Shown: in pieces, positions 24,101 through 37,757 of the stretch
Numbering within the stretch: the first letter of the stretch is position 1
Layout: each line of letters begins with the position of its first letter
Assembly (NCBI RefSeq): GCF_037042905.1
Contig: NC_087251.1
Coordinates: forward strand, 15,936,001-16,000,000
Direction: 5' to 3'
DNA: 64,000 nucleotides
Origin: Lytechinus pictus
Taxonomy: Eukaryota
Made by a program: the position numbers and the translations under genes
The notes under the pieces: model-generated
What the model was told of the DNA's origin: nothing
Seen by the model: only the letters and a program-made list of their open reading frames with translations
The model's database searches: none

Positions 24101-27100
24101 GGGGCTGTCGAAATCAGCCCCCTCACCCCTTTGCGTTATTGCCTATTTATTGGAAATTCACAATTTTTTTGCCCCCATTGAGGTAAAGAGGCATCACTGA
24201 TATATAGTTCTGCCACTTTTACTGCCTTGAAACCAATTAAGGAGGAAAGAATATGCTTTGCTCTATAAAGAAGTGCTGGCACATTGAAGCATACCCATCT
24301 GGGCGGCTGTCAAATCACCCCACCCCTCTTGCATTATTGCCTAATTATTTGAAAATTCACAATTTTTGAGCCCCCATTGAGGCGATATGCACTTCTGCTG
24401 TATAAAACACCCAATTTCTCTTTCTTGAAACCACTTGGAGAGGAAAGAGTAGGTTCCCCTCTTTCAGATATATATAACGAATTGCTGCCATATCGAAGCC
24501 TGACCCACTTCAGGGGACGATACATGTAGATGTTACCCCACCTTTTTTACGATTTTTGCCAATTCATTGGAAAACTCGCCATTTTGGAGCCCCCATTGAG
24601 GCAAAAAAACGTGTTTCTGGTATATAGTAGAGCCACTTCTTTATATGTACCTGTTAGAGGAAAGCCTACTCTTTCCTCTCCAAGTAGTTTTAAGGCGGTA
24701 ATAGTGGCAGAACTATATATCAGAACCGCCTTTTTGCCTAAATGGGGGCTCAAAAATGGTCAATTTTCCAATAAATAAGCAATAATGAAATAGGGGTGGG
24801 GTGAATTCAACAGCCCTTTGATGGGGATAGGCCTTTTTTGCGAGCATGTCTTTATATGTAGCTGTTAAAGCAAAGCCTATTCTTTTTCTCTCCAAATGTT
24901 TTCAAGGGTGAAAAACGGCAGAAACATAATCAGAAATGACTTTCTGCCTCAATGGGGGCTCCAAAGTGGTGACTTTTTCAATAAATAGGCAATGCAAAAG
25001 GGATGGGTGATTTCGACAGCCTCCTGGAGGGGGTAGGCTTTTATTTGCCTGCACTTCTTTATATGTGGCTGATAAAGCAAAACCTATTCTTTCCTCCCTA
25101 AGTGGTTTCAAGGCATTAAAAGTGGCAGAACTATATATCAGAAACGCCTTTTTGCCCCAATGCGGGCTCCAAAATGGTGAATTTCAAGGGGGGTGGGTAA
25201 TTTCGACAGTCCCCTGAAGGAAGTAGGCTTTTATTTGCATGCACTTCTTTATATGAGGCTGATCAAGCAAAACCTATTCTTTCCTCCCTAAGTGGTTTCA
25301 AGGCAGTAAAAGTGGCAGAACTATATATCAGGAACGCCTTTTTGCCTAAATGGGGGCTTCAAAATTGTGAATTTTTCAATAATTATGCTATAATGCAAAA
25401 GGGATGGGGTGATTTCAACAGCCTCCCGGAGGGGGTATGCTTTTATTTGCCTGCACTTCTTTATGTGGCTGATAAAACAAAACCCATTCTTTCCTCCCAA
25501 AGTGGTTTCAAGGCAGTAAAAGTGACAGAACTATATATCAGAAACCCCTTTTTGCGTAAATGGGGGCTTCAAAATTGTGAATTTTTCAATAATTATGCTA
25601 TAATGCAAAAGGGATGGGGTGGTTTCAACAGCTTCCCGGAGGGGATAGGCTTTTATTTGCCAGCACTTGTTTATATGTAGCTGATAGAGCAAAGCCTACT
25701 CTTTCCTCTCCAAGTCATTGCAAGAAAATGAAATTGGCTGTACTATATAGTAGAAACGCACTTTTGCCTCAATGGGCGATTCAAAATGGTGTAATTTCCA
25801 ATAAATAGGCAATATACATGAAATAGAGGGGGAGGGGTTGACTTAGACAGCCCCTGAGTGGGATAGGTTTCGATGTGCCAGCGCTTCTTAATAATATGTA
25901 GCTGATAGAGTAAAGTCTAAGCTTTTCTCTCCAAGTAATTGCAAGAAAATAAAATTGGCTGTATGATATAGAAATGCCCTTATGCCTCAATTGGTGATCC
26001 AAAATGGTGAAATTTTCTACAAGTAGGCAATATACATGATATAGAGGAGGGGGTGACTTTGACAGCCCCTGAGAGGGCTAGGGTTCGATGTGCTAGCGCT
26101 TATTTATGTAGCTGGTAGAACTAATTCTACTCTCTCAAAGCAATAAAATACTATAAAGCACAAACACTTTCTTACCTCAATGTTGGGTCCAAAATGGTGA
26201 ATTTCCAAATAAATTGGCAATTAGCAAAAGGGGGAGGGGCGACTTACCCAGCGCCCCCCCCCCCCCGAGAGGGGTTGGCTACGATGTACGTGCCACTTCT
26301 TTTGATGTAGCTGGTAGAACAAAGCCTACTCTTTTCCTCTCCTAGTGGTTTGAAAGTAATTAAAGTGGCTGTATTGTATAGCAGAAATGCCTTTTGCCTC
26401 AATGGGTGCTCCAAAAAACCAGTGATTTTTTTCCAACAAATAGGCAATATACAACAACATGATATAGCCAAGAGGGGGGGGGGGGGGGGCTTCGACACCC
26501 CCACCCCATGAGAGTGTTAGGCCTTGATGTGCCAACATTTTGTTTTATGTAGCTGATAGAGAAAAGCCTAATTTTAACTATCCAAGTGATTAACGAGCAG
26601 AGATAATTGCATTTAATTTGTAACTATACATTATACATATTATACATGTTATACGTATTAGTCTATGGAAATGCATACAAAAAGCGACATATCTGAAATT
26701 GAAGTATTCAAGTTTGATACCTTATAAATTTGCTAAGAAGAATGATACAGAGTTGGAATTTCATCCATATGATAATAGTATATCAATAAAGTTTTCTGGA
26801 ACATTTCAAGGTAATTGATTAATTTTTCTTAGAAATATGTAAAATCATGTATTTGCAAAATTTTCAATTTTTTGAAAAAAATGACAAAAAATGCAGTTTT
26901 TTACTTAAAATCTCAGCCAAATAACCTACTTATCCCCTATTAATAGTACCAAATTGTAGGAAATTTATTTGTCTTTCATATGACACTAATTTTGTGGCAA
27001 TGGAATGTTTATGTCAAAATCTATGTACGAAAATTCAAATGTTCTGAAAATTTGGCGGCCATTTTGAAAAAAGCGCCCTCATGGGTTAATTTTCAGGATA

Positions 27101-30100
27101 CAGCCTGGTTACCTCATATATTCATATTCAGCGTGAAAAACTGGTCTAGAAGCACTATATGAAAATTTCTCCTTTTCCGTGTGGCACCTTGCTCAATTAT
27201 AACCCGGACTATATAGGAATACCATCCTGGAATAGTTCCCTGTGGAAAGGACCCTTAAAACTACCCCTGTCTGCATATAGGAGTGGGATCGTCGTAGGGG
27301 GAGTTGTGGATTGCGGGTGAATGCAATATCTAATATCTAACGAAAAGAGCCATACAACATAATATATTTTATAATCATTATTCTTCAAAACATGCAAGAA
27401 GGCACGATAATGCATCAGAAGTTTTGTAGAAAAGCACATGGGGAATACTTCATAAGATACAAAAGAAATATAGTCGAGTATATTATCGATCCCCTCATTT
27501 GCATACCACCCATGATGTGCATTTAACTACGTGTGTTTAATTGCAAATAAACGAAACGAATAGATATAACTTTTTGTTCTTATCAGATTTGGGTGAAATT
27601 TTCAGTCTTATGCTAGTTTGGTTTTTCTATATTTTATTTCCTTTCTTATTGGGATGGACTTGAGCTTTAAGGACTTCATCCAATCTCATAAAAAAATCAC
27701 TCTCCCTTACTCCCCAAGTCCCCCGTCCCCCTCTCCCACACCCTCTCTCGCGTACGCACACACATATACACACACACCCCTTTTCTCCAAATGTTTTATG
27801 AACGATTTCATCCATATCTCTTTCATTTCGTTTTCACAACATAAAACACGCAACACACACACACACAAACCCTCAGCCTAGCTCACACACAATCGAATAA
27901 CTTTCCCTGATTTTCACTGGATTAACAAAAATAAATGGTGTATTAATTTTATCATGCAGCTAACAATGGCATTTGAATGTATATCGTGTTCGTGATGAGG
28001 CATACAGCAGTCCCCGGGCATAAAACACAAAACAGGAAATACAGCTTCCTCTCGTGTTTGATTTTTAAAGCCAAAGTAGAACAGCCACTTTCAACATTTA
28101 CAGCTCAACCCCTTAACTGCTCACGTTTGACCAAGTAATTTACCCACAATACAGCATTTTGATAATGAAATACAGTCCTTATGATAATACGCCATTGGAA
28201 AGATAACAAATAATTTTCCACGATCGCTCTTTACACCATTCATGATAAAACAGCATTTTCCAAAAACTAAAATAAAATAAAAGGGTTAAAGTTCTTGATG
28301 TTTCAGTATAGTTTATGAGTATTTCCTCACCAGAAGTAAAAAAAAAATATTTCCAATATTTTTTAAAGGAGCACATTTTCAAGACTATCAACAAAGCGCA
28401 TATGTTTATATGACCATGTACCTATTACATGATATGACATGAGGCTCACATTGTGGGATGAGTTCTGCACATGTCAGTGGAAACATATAGGTCCATTGTG
28501 GAAGATACTTCCCCAATAACATGTTTAAAAGCGTTTTAAAGCCACCTTTGGCTACTCAGCAGTAAATACATGTTTTATTTTTGTGTTAGACAGAAATCTT
28601 CTGATACTCAACTGCGTTTAGTTATTTAAAACTGATATCTCCTTTCGATATGCGCAGTGCTGCACTCTTAACACTAATCAGTCAAACTGACTAGACCAGT
28701 AGTCAGCTGGTTGCAACTGATATGACAATCACTGATAAACACATTTCGGACAATAATCTAGTTAAAAATAGCTCTGTTCTAGAATCAAATTTAAAGGCAA
28801 GGTACTTAATACTACAATATTATTTGTCATATCAATTTTAACATGCAATTAATGCAAAAAGTGTCACAACTTACCCCGCCTTCCCCTACTCCCTTTCGGT
28901 AATAGCAATTTTTTTTTTCTTGATAGAGGGCAGTTATTAATTTTAAGTTTTGCTTATTAACAAAACAGCTAATAATTTATTCACTGCACGGTTTATATAC
29001 AAAAGGAGTGAGTCGTTATTGTCACTGATTCACTATTTTCTTGTATTTTATTATGAATATATCAAATTTTGCCGATTTGATAATAATTAAGCATCTTTAT
29101 TTAAATCGCACGAGGTTGCAACAACGGCAATCACATACTTTTTTTCTTTGTCATTGGATACAACTTTGCGTTATGAGCAGAAAATTGTCCTGTCGAGTCC
29201 CTACAGGAATTATCAGGAACAGAAACGGTCTAGTAAAATGCAAAGTAAGTGGGTGGCGTCATATAGGTACCTAGTTTGCAACCTGATGTGCATTTAAAGT
29301 ATTGTTTGGGTTTTATGGCTAGTATATGAAAGGGATGGTCCGGGCTGTTTTCACAAAATATTGCTAAACTTTAAAATTCAATAACTTTGTTATTTGTTAT
29401 CCGATTTTGATGAAATTTTCGGCATTTTGCTCAGTGAATTCTACTCTATAAATACTTTTAGCCCGGACCATCCCTTTAAGTGAAATATAAACTATTTCTT
29501 ATCTTACATCCGATTTTGACGAAATTGTCAGCAATAATTTTTCTACTATAATTGAAATCGAGTTTTTGTTGAGGGGAGGTCTTGCATTTTTCGTCCGATT
29601 ATCTTTCGAATGTGTATACGATCCTTCACAATTATTTGGGGCATTTTATTTTCTAGAAAGCTTCATTATGACGTTGCTAGTTTTCCAAAGTTTGATATAG
29701 AATTTGAAATCCCCCAGGCACTTTTCAGGTTGTCTTTTAATATCGCTTATCATAACTTTATTACCCAATGTCATATTTCATTTTGCAGTTGGTATGATGG
29801 TAGCACTCTTGGATGGTTTGACATTCATCAATATATTTAAGGGTGTATCGGATACCGTGATGCTCATTAAGGACTCACTCATCTTCATCTTATTCTGTCT
29901 GGTTCCAATCATCTTGACCATTGTTTTCAACATGAAAGTATGGCACGCCATGCACAGTGCTCGTACTGCCACAGTGAAAGACAACCACCAGGCTAACAAC
30001 GCACGACGCTTCACGCAACTTGAAGAAGAGAACGGCGGTGTCCCTGGGACCCTCGTCCGAGCACAAGATTTGCCCAACAACCTTGCTATCTTCTGGTCCT

Positions 30101-30384
30101 TTGTCGTTTTCTGGACTCTATACCACATCGTACATCTAATCATTTCGTTCACATGGGCCCTAAAACGGTTTGATCACTGGATATACTTCAATAATAAGGA
30201 CGAGGTCATGATCATCGTCGGCGACATCGCAGTGCATTTCAACGTCGCTCTTAATCCTCTCTTTTACGTTGTCTGCAACCCGAAGTTCCGTCAACATCTG
30301 TATCGTGTTGCCTATGCATTGACCAAAGGCAATTCGCCCTACTCGGGTCACATCGACGAAACCACTATAGGTACAGATGAATAA
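21112..30384 (+). CDS. Rhodopsin-family (class A) 7TM G-protein-coupled receptor, orphan/atypical, 3 exons, 390 aa
   Basis: Exons 21112-21552 (donor ACG|GTGAGT, phase 0), 22176-22311 (TAG|AVLFHLASMITAQAFDQYLFVVYP...ITLWI|GTAAG, phase 1) and 29789-30384 (TTGCAG|..., stop TAA). Total 1173 nt, in frame. Seven hydrophobic segments, TM3 DQYxxVxYP, TM4 W, TM7 NPLFY followed by helix-8 NPKFR. Confidence 0.9.
22546..27211. mobile_element. 4.67-kb palindromic non-autonomous DNA transposon (Academ-like, TAG...CTA termini) in GPCR intron 2
   Basis: TAT|TAGTCCGGGTTATAATTGAGCAAGGTGCCACACGG ... CCGTGTGGCACCTTGCTCAATTATAACCCGGACTA|TAT. Near-identical inverted arms of roughly 1 kb are followed by ~205-bp tandem units facing inward, with the orientation switch near 24630. 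Confidence 0.85.
29328..29479. mobile_element. Small TTAA-type MITE
   Basis: AAGGGATGGTCCGGGCT ... AGCCCGGACCATCCCTTTAA inverted termini. Confidence 0.6.
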
Positions 30385-31337
30385 AAAAATAAAAGACTTG
30401 AGTAGGACTATGAAAAAAAATGTTAAGGATTGTTTGACTGTTAAATCGGTGAAGAAAAAAATGCATGATGGCCGATGTGGAAGACATTTCGGGGAGATAA
30501 GACCATCACTTTGGACAGGTGACAGGTCCATGCACGTCATTGTTAAAAACGTAATGATTTATTTTTTGTCTTACGTCAGATTGTTCAACCAACCAATAAT
30601 CAAATGTGACACTATGATTGATATATCATAATCCTTCGAGGGGCACTGATTAAAAATATTGGTTAACATTTTCATTTTTTAATTGAACCCTCATTATAAA
30701 GCCTATCAGAAAATGATATAAGCATGCGGGTTGCATAGTGTGAACAAAATACTTAATGAAAGTCTCACATAATCTACATGGGGAAATATTTCATATTTTG
30801 GTCCAGAAAAGGCCTTTCCAATATTCCTTGTTAGATACGTAGAAAATCAGAAAATGTATATAAGAAAATGTGTCCTTATAAACAGAGAGTCTTGAGAAAT
30901 GATGTAATTTTACAGCACACATCTAAATACAATTTAGGTTCATCTATTTTAATCTGTATGTGATGATTTTTTTCTTAAAACAGAGAGAATTGTCTTAAAA
31001 TGAGGCATTTCGAGTGAAATAAGCGAACAAATTTATGTTTAAAAACCAAGCATTTCGGTCTAGGATCTTTCGTTAAAAAAAAAAGAAAAAAAAAGAAACA
31101 AAGATGGTCTGCGGCTAAAAGATTTTCAAGTAAGATTAACAGATTTGTCTGTAAAAGAAAATCGTTTTTTTTTAAATATATTCATGGTCATGGAATACTG
31201 TACGGAAATTGCACAAAAATCGTATAGGTCTGAAAGCACATTTAAAAAACCGTGTTTTTTTTCAGACACACCTGTTGAATTGCATTTACAAAATATCCTG
31301 CATTTTTTTTCACATTGAATATAGTGTATATAATAAT

Positions 31338-32769
31338 CAGTGGCGTAACTACGGGGGCATGGGCTGGCAAACAAAAACGGGGAAAGGGACAAAAAGGGAG
31401 AAATTAGGAAGAGAAACGTAGCGGGAGAAAGAAATTATTGTTCGTTAATTATATTATGTTATATTATAAGAAACATTATTTTCATAACTTTATAAAACAT
31501 AATTTGCTCAGGGCTTATGTCTTCTTTGTTCCTGGTGCTCGCATTGTCTGTTTAACGAGTTATATAATCCTGTTGTACTAAAACCTCCTGTTTTCAAGTC
31601 AATATACACCAAATATATTTTCTCGCACTTCGAGTTATTATCATTTTATGTATAGTGACATATGCTTCTTTTTCTTAATATAAAACATTTCCTGCCCGTG
31701 CTTACCGTCGCATTAGTGGATTGGTGATATATGTCTGCTCTTCATGAATTCCTAAAATCAGTCCTTAAAATGTCCCTTTTTCTAATCTGAATATCAATGT
31801 TTACAGCTCGTGCTTCGCGCTCGCATCATTCGGTTAGTGAAATACGTATGGTCTTCGTGAATTCCTACAAACAAGCCTTAGAGTTAGAATGCCCCTCTTC
31901 GGGTCTGAATTTCCTAAATTTTCAGCTCGCGCTTCGCGAGCTATTTGATTAGTGAGATGCGTATGATAATCGTCATTACAATGTCTACAAAAAGTGCTTC
32001 GTGTGTTTAGATGTAATTCTAACAAAAATCAGCAAGCGCTTGGCACTCGCATTAGATAACTATGGTGAGATATGTATACGCTTAATGGATTCCTTAAAAA
32101 AAAATCCTTAAAATATCCCTGTTTGGGGGTCAATATATACCAAAAATTTCAGTTCACGCTTCGCTCTCGCATCACTTGGTTAGTGAAATACGTTTGGTGT
32201 TCGTGAATTCCTGCAAACAAGCCTTAAAATGCCACTCTTCAGGTCTGAATTTTCCTAAATTTCCAGCTCGCGCTTTGCGCTCACAATTTTGATTATTGAG
32301 ATGCGTATGTTAATCATGATTACAATGACTACAAGTGCTTCATGTGTTTAGATGTAATTCTAACAAAATCAGCAAGCACTTGGCACTCGCATTAAATGAC
32401 TATGGTGAGATATGTATACTCTTAATGGATTCCTGAAATATAGTCCTTAAAATGTTCCTGTTTGGGGTCAATATATACTAAAAATTTCAGCTCGCGCTTT
32501 GCGCTCGCATTGTTTGTTTATCAAGACAGGTATGTATCATGATCACAAATATTTGCTTATAATTTTCCTTTTTTAGGTCTGAATAAAAAAATCAGCTCGC
32601 GCTTCGCGCTCGCATTATTTGAGCAGTGACATACATATCCGTTCAATGGCACTGTCCTTAAAATGTCTCTAGTTTGTCAGTATACCTAGCAACTGAGCGC
32701 GCTCACTAAGTGACTCAAAATTTTTGTTGGTGCCCCCCCCCCCATGTCGTGACACACGGTACGCCACTG
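31338..32769 (-). mobile_element. Non-autonomous hAT element with perfect 8-bp TSD
   Basis: ATAATAAT|CAGTGGCGTA ... TACGCCACTG|ATAATAAT. Internal GCTCGCGCTTCGCGCTCGC motifs are the reverse complement of the 13-15 kb family motif, and there is an internal duplication. Confidence 0.85.
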
Positions 32770-34580
32770 ATAATAATTGTTTACAAAGACCAGATTCAAA
32801 TGCCGTAAATTCACATATTCTTTGAGTATAGTGAATCTGAACAAATTGTTGAAAACGATATTTCACGATCGATTCTTCCAAAGACAATTTTTTTAAATTT
32901 CTCTCATATTGACATTTTCGGCATCATTCATTTTAGTTGGTTGGTTATAATATGGTTTGTAAGTTAATGTAAATTACACATATATCTCACATGATTATTT
33001 TCCTTTTTCACAACGTTCCCTTATTATGTTTTGTATATCTTAAATAACATCATTGTCTAGATGTATCCACGCCTTCACACCCACACCACACACATACACA
33101 CCTTAAACGTAAAGAAAAAAACACAATAAATACGGGTACGTGTTGCCAAAATGTCACTCTGTTGCTTCTCAAGGGTTCAAAATCCATTCTTTATTAAAAA
33201 TGTAATTTCGTCATCAGATAAAGGCGACTGTTGCACCATATACAACAGTGCTTTAGTAATGATATTTGGTTTCAAAGTCCATGTTTTCCTTCTCTTTCAG
33301 GGGAGCACTCATCGAAGAATAGAGAAAAAAATTCACGTATTAACATGAACCCACCAGTCACGGGGATTGTTTTATAAGGCTGTAAGGAAAATTATTTTTC
33401 GAGTGGTTGGGGCGGCAAATAATTTTCAAAGACATAAGTAAGCAGAGGAGCGAGCCTACAAACTTATCTCGAGGATTTCTTTTTTATTCATTAATTTTGA
33501 AAAAGAAGGATCTGCTGTACACTTAATATACGAATATTTGTGAAATTTTGCAATAAAGTAATGCCGCCCACTCCACCCCCGCTGCGTAGGTTTTGTTTGT
33601 TACTGGCCTATTAAACTTGCCGCTTCTCTTCCTCGAAAAAAATAAAAACAGAAGATTGTAACTGTCATTGCCTTTTTAAGATTATAATATTGTTATCGTA
33701 TGTTTATTTTTGGAAATAAACTTAATCACTTGCCAAAATTGTATTCTTGTTTCGCATGATACCTTATAATGATATTAAAATCATACCCTATTGTATTACT
33801 TTAATTTGTTTGTTGAAATTTCTAAACGGAAATTATAGTGTTTTGTATCCGCAATATAACGCTCTGCAATCACATAACTTGCCCCGATGCATTGTTTATT
33901 TCAGAGTAACCTTGTTTTGTTTTTTTACTTCCATAGCTTGTTTATTTCTGATATCTGATATTAAAAAAATATTCTTAAAAGAAAATTGCACAATATGCCA
34001 TGTGTCAAATTAACTTTGGCAAAAAAAAAGGTTTCACCAAGTAGCTCTCTCTATATTTTTTTGGAAAACCAAATGTAAAAAATTGACTCGGGAAAAATAA
34101 TGTCATTGGTTAAATTTAGTAAAAAAGGAAATCAGTAAAGAAAAAAAAATCTCGAGTAGAGACGCGTGTCCTGTGGTAATTCAGTGAGGGCGGTCACCCA
34201 ACCGACCCCGAAGCACCCTGACACTTCTCATTTATTGTTAAAAGGATGGACGATGGTACAGTAAAAGTTGAACGTGATAGAACGGAGGACCAGATGGAAA
34301 ATGTTATGTTAGATCACGGTCCTTTACTACTATGTTATTTTAAAAAAAATGTCATGAATCTATATAGTATAACAAAAAGAAAATATTCACGTGATTTCAC
34401 CAATATAGGAAATTATGGTAGCCTACATTAGGGGATTTAACTGAATTTATTCTGCTCAATAATGAGACCATAAAAACACAAAGCAGTTGATATTATTGTA
34501 CATTTACACGAGGTGAACTCAGTAATGGGCTTGTCCAAAATAACCAGATCGGCACACTTTTGTTATAACCGAGAACTGTT

Positions 34581-35182
34581 GACAAGTCCATCCCAACAAA
34601 AAGTTGATTTAAACAAATAGAGAAAAACCCAAGAAGCATAACACTGAAAAATTCATCAAAATCGGATGTAAAATAGGAAAGTTATGACATTTTAAAGTTT
34701 TGCTAAATTTCACATAACACTTATTATGCACATCCTGGTCGGTATGCAAATAAGGGGACTGATGACGTCACTCACTATTTCTTTTGTATCCTATTATATG
34801 AAATATGAAATATCTTAATTTTTTCCTCATAGGAAGGTGAAATAAGTTTTGTTTCTCCATGTACATGGATAATTACAATTGTTCTAACATTTATGGTTCA
34901 GTAAAACTGGTCCTTATTGTCAAATCTGTAAAAATTGAAAAATTGTAATAATTCAAACAATAAAAAATAAAAGAAATAATGAGTGGAGGACATCACCGAT
35001 TCTCTCATTTGCGTGTTGCCGAGTTGTGCATGTAACTGTTTTGTGAAAAATAAGCGAAACTTTAAGATGTCATAACTTTCTTATTTTACATCCGATTTTG
35101 ATGAAATTTTCAACGTTATTCTTGTTTGATTTTTCTCTATTGATTCAAATCAACATTTTTCTGGGGTGGACTTGACCTTTAA
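34581..35182. mobile_element. Palindromic TTAA-type MITE (Kolobok-like)
   Basis: GACAAGTCCATCCCAACAAAAAGTTGATT ... AATCAACATTTTTCTGGGGTGGACTTGACCTTTAA, with inverted ATCAAAATCGGATGTAAAATA arms. A related copy in opposite orientation is at ~37260-37757 and a fragment at ~27440-27670. Confidence 0.7.
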
Positions 35183-35947
35183 TTATAGTTACATATTGTA
35201 TATACTGCCTAAAAATAATAATTTCTGTATAAAGATTTTTGTGAATAATGAAGATATTTTTTCTGTATAATGTAAATAAGTTCACTCTTGCCGCAATTGT
35301 CTTTATCAGTATAGAATTAGTACTGAATTTGATGTACAATATTGTGATTTAGTTAAAATTATTGCTTAAACTATGATAATGACATTATTTGGGGCTAACC
35401 TCGATTAGCATCCTGCCATTATGTTAGCTCCAATTACCGAAATTCAACTCAATTCAGTTACTTCTGACTTCTAGTCTAAAGTATGTTAGATTGTATGTTA
35501 ATGCTGATGATGAGTAGTCAATAAGGAATAGATTAATCATTAAATAAGTCTACATATCCGAAGTACAAAGTATGATCTAACCGATGTAGAATGTTAATTT
35601 GCCAAAAAGACTTGTAAACTTGTCTTGACGACGAGATTATTTTTCAAAATCGACATTGTGGTTTACAGGCCTATTCATTTTGTATACAATTAGTAATCTC
35701 AGATGGGCTTAAACTAATTTGGTCTACTATAATTTTGTCTACTACAATTTGGTCAAAGTACCGTTTGGTCTACAATACTAATGATTCGTCTAATGGTTAC
35801 TTAGACTAAATTCTACTTCGTCTATATTTTTTTACTTGAAAAGTGAAAATTTAGTTCACAAACAGTGTATCATAAACTACTGTAATCTACCCATGTACAA
35901 TAGACTAATAAGTGGTGTCATACCGAGAAGGTATGTGACGAAATGCT

Positions 35948-36305
35948 TTAGCCTAAATGAAACTTAGACGAAATGGTAAATAGACTGTGTGGCGATTAAA
36001 CCAATGTTATAAGACGAACTAGTTGTAGAAAATTCGATTAGATCACACTGGATAATACCAAACGGGTCGTACATGTATAGACATGACAGAAGCAAAGTGG
36101 TTGTAGACCTATACAATTTACCATCATTAGCCTAAATGAAACTTAGACGAAATGGTAAATAGACTGTGTGGCGATTAAACCAATGTTATAAGACGAACTG
36201 GTTGTAGAAAATTCGATTAGATCACACTGGATAAGACCAAACGGGTCGTACATGTATAGACATGACAGAAGCAAAGTGGTTGTAGACCTATACAATTTAC
36301 CATCA
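35948..36305 (+). repeat. Near-perfect 179-bp tandem duplication at the right end of a TAGAC/GTCTA-repeat palindromic element (~35715-36126)
   Basis: TTAGCCTAAATGAAACTTAGACG...TTTACCATCA at 35948-36126 and again at 36127-36305. Confidence 0.9.
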
Positions 36306-37259
36306 TCATGATCATGAGGCGAGTTACGTTGTCATTAGACATGTTAGATAGGGGGCTGGAAGTTTGGGTTGATAGTCCATTCAGACAAGGGTGTGTTTTT
36401 TTGCCCCTTTCAGACGATTTGTCAGTGGACCAAGTTTTTTTTTAACTCTGATGGTGAGTCAACTTTTTTTTGTTGCTCATATTATAGCAAGTCAAGTTTT
36501 TTTTTAAACTTCCAGCCCTCATGGATATCTAATGTTGCGTCCCTTATAATTATGTATCTCGCCATGACGACGTATAATTTTTCATAAGTCGACTTGGCGA
36601 GATAATGAATCTCGCCATGTTGACATTAATAATCAAGTCGACATGGCAAGATAATGATTATCTCTGTAATCTCGATGACACTTTAAAGCTTCCGTGAGAT
36701 TTATCAGCCTTTATCATAAAAATCCTACAATTTATTTATTATGCCTCTGCAAACTGGGAATATAAAGAATCGTGTAAGTAATAATTATGCAAATAGCCAT
36801 TTGATTGGAAGTAGGCCTATACTCAAGTCAGTTTCCTTCATTTTGGCACAACCTTCGACAAAGTTCGGTGCCCAATGAATAACTTATTCTAATCTGGTAT
36901 TTCAATATCATTAGATCGAAAAATCATTGAGAGACATGATTACAGATTACAGTATAAAAAATATACAAGTTTTATACGCAGTGTATAACAAAACCCCACA
37001 ACAGCTAATTTAGGAACTTGCATTTCCGAAAATTTATCATCGCTGTCCTGGAAACGAGGTTTGGCACCTGGTAATGACTCGAGTATCAGTTGCCAAGATT
37101 CAGTCTGTATATGGGTATATTTTTGTGGGGGGGGGGGGGGTCTTCAGCAGATATCCGAGGAGTGAAGATATTAGACTAATACTTTTATATTTTTTTAATG
37201 TCTGAGTCAGTCATACTCGCCTTCAAATAAAAAAATACAATTCAAATCAATACAGACAT

Positions 37260-37757
37260 GGACGCTGAAAATTTTATCAAAATCGTATGTAAAATTTTTC
37301 ACAAACCAGTGATATGCACAACTCAGTGACATGCAAATGAGACAATCGATATCCCTCACTCACTATTTCTTTTGTTTTTTATTGCTTGAATTAAACAATA
37401 TTTCATTTTTTTACAGATTTGACAATAAGTACCGACTTGACTGAACCATAATAGTATTAAACAATGCTAATTCCACATGTTCAGGAAGCCTTGTTTCACT
37501 TCACAATGAGGAGAAAATGAGAAATTTTATATTTCATAAAATACAAAGGAAATAGTGAGTGGATGACGTCATCAGTTTCCTCAATTCCATACCGACCAGG
37601 ATGTGCATAATTGATTTTTTGAAATGAAGAGAAACTTTAAAATGTCATAACTTACTCATTTTACATCCGATTTCGATGAAATTTTCAGTGTTATGCTTTT
37701 GGATTTCCTTCATTTATTCAAATCAACTTCTTGTTGGGGTGGATTTTTCCTTTTAAA
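37260..37757. mobile_element. Partial copy of the 34581-35182 MITE family
   Basis: Shared CTCACTCACTATTTCTTTTG, GATGACGTCA and TTTTACATCCGATTT.GATGAAATTTTCA...GGGGTGGA segments. Confidence 0.6.

Noticed and set aside
23180..26580. CRISPR-like array or repeat-protein ORFs in the regularly spaced units
   Set aside because: The units are diverged ~205-bp tandem repeats without unique spacers, in eukaryotic intron context with no cas genes. The ORFs are short and stop-ridden.
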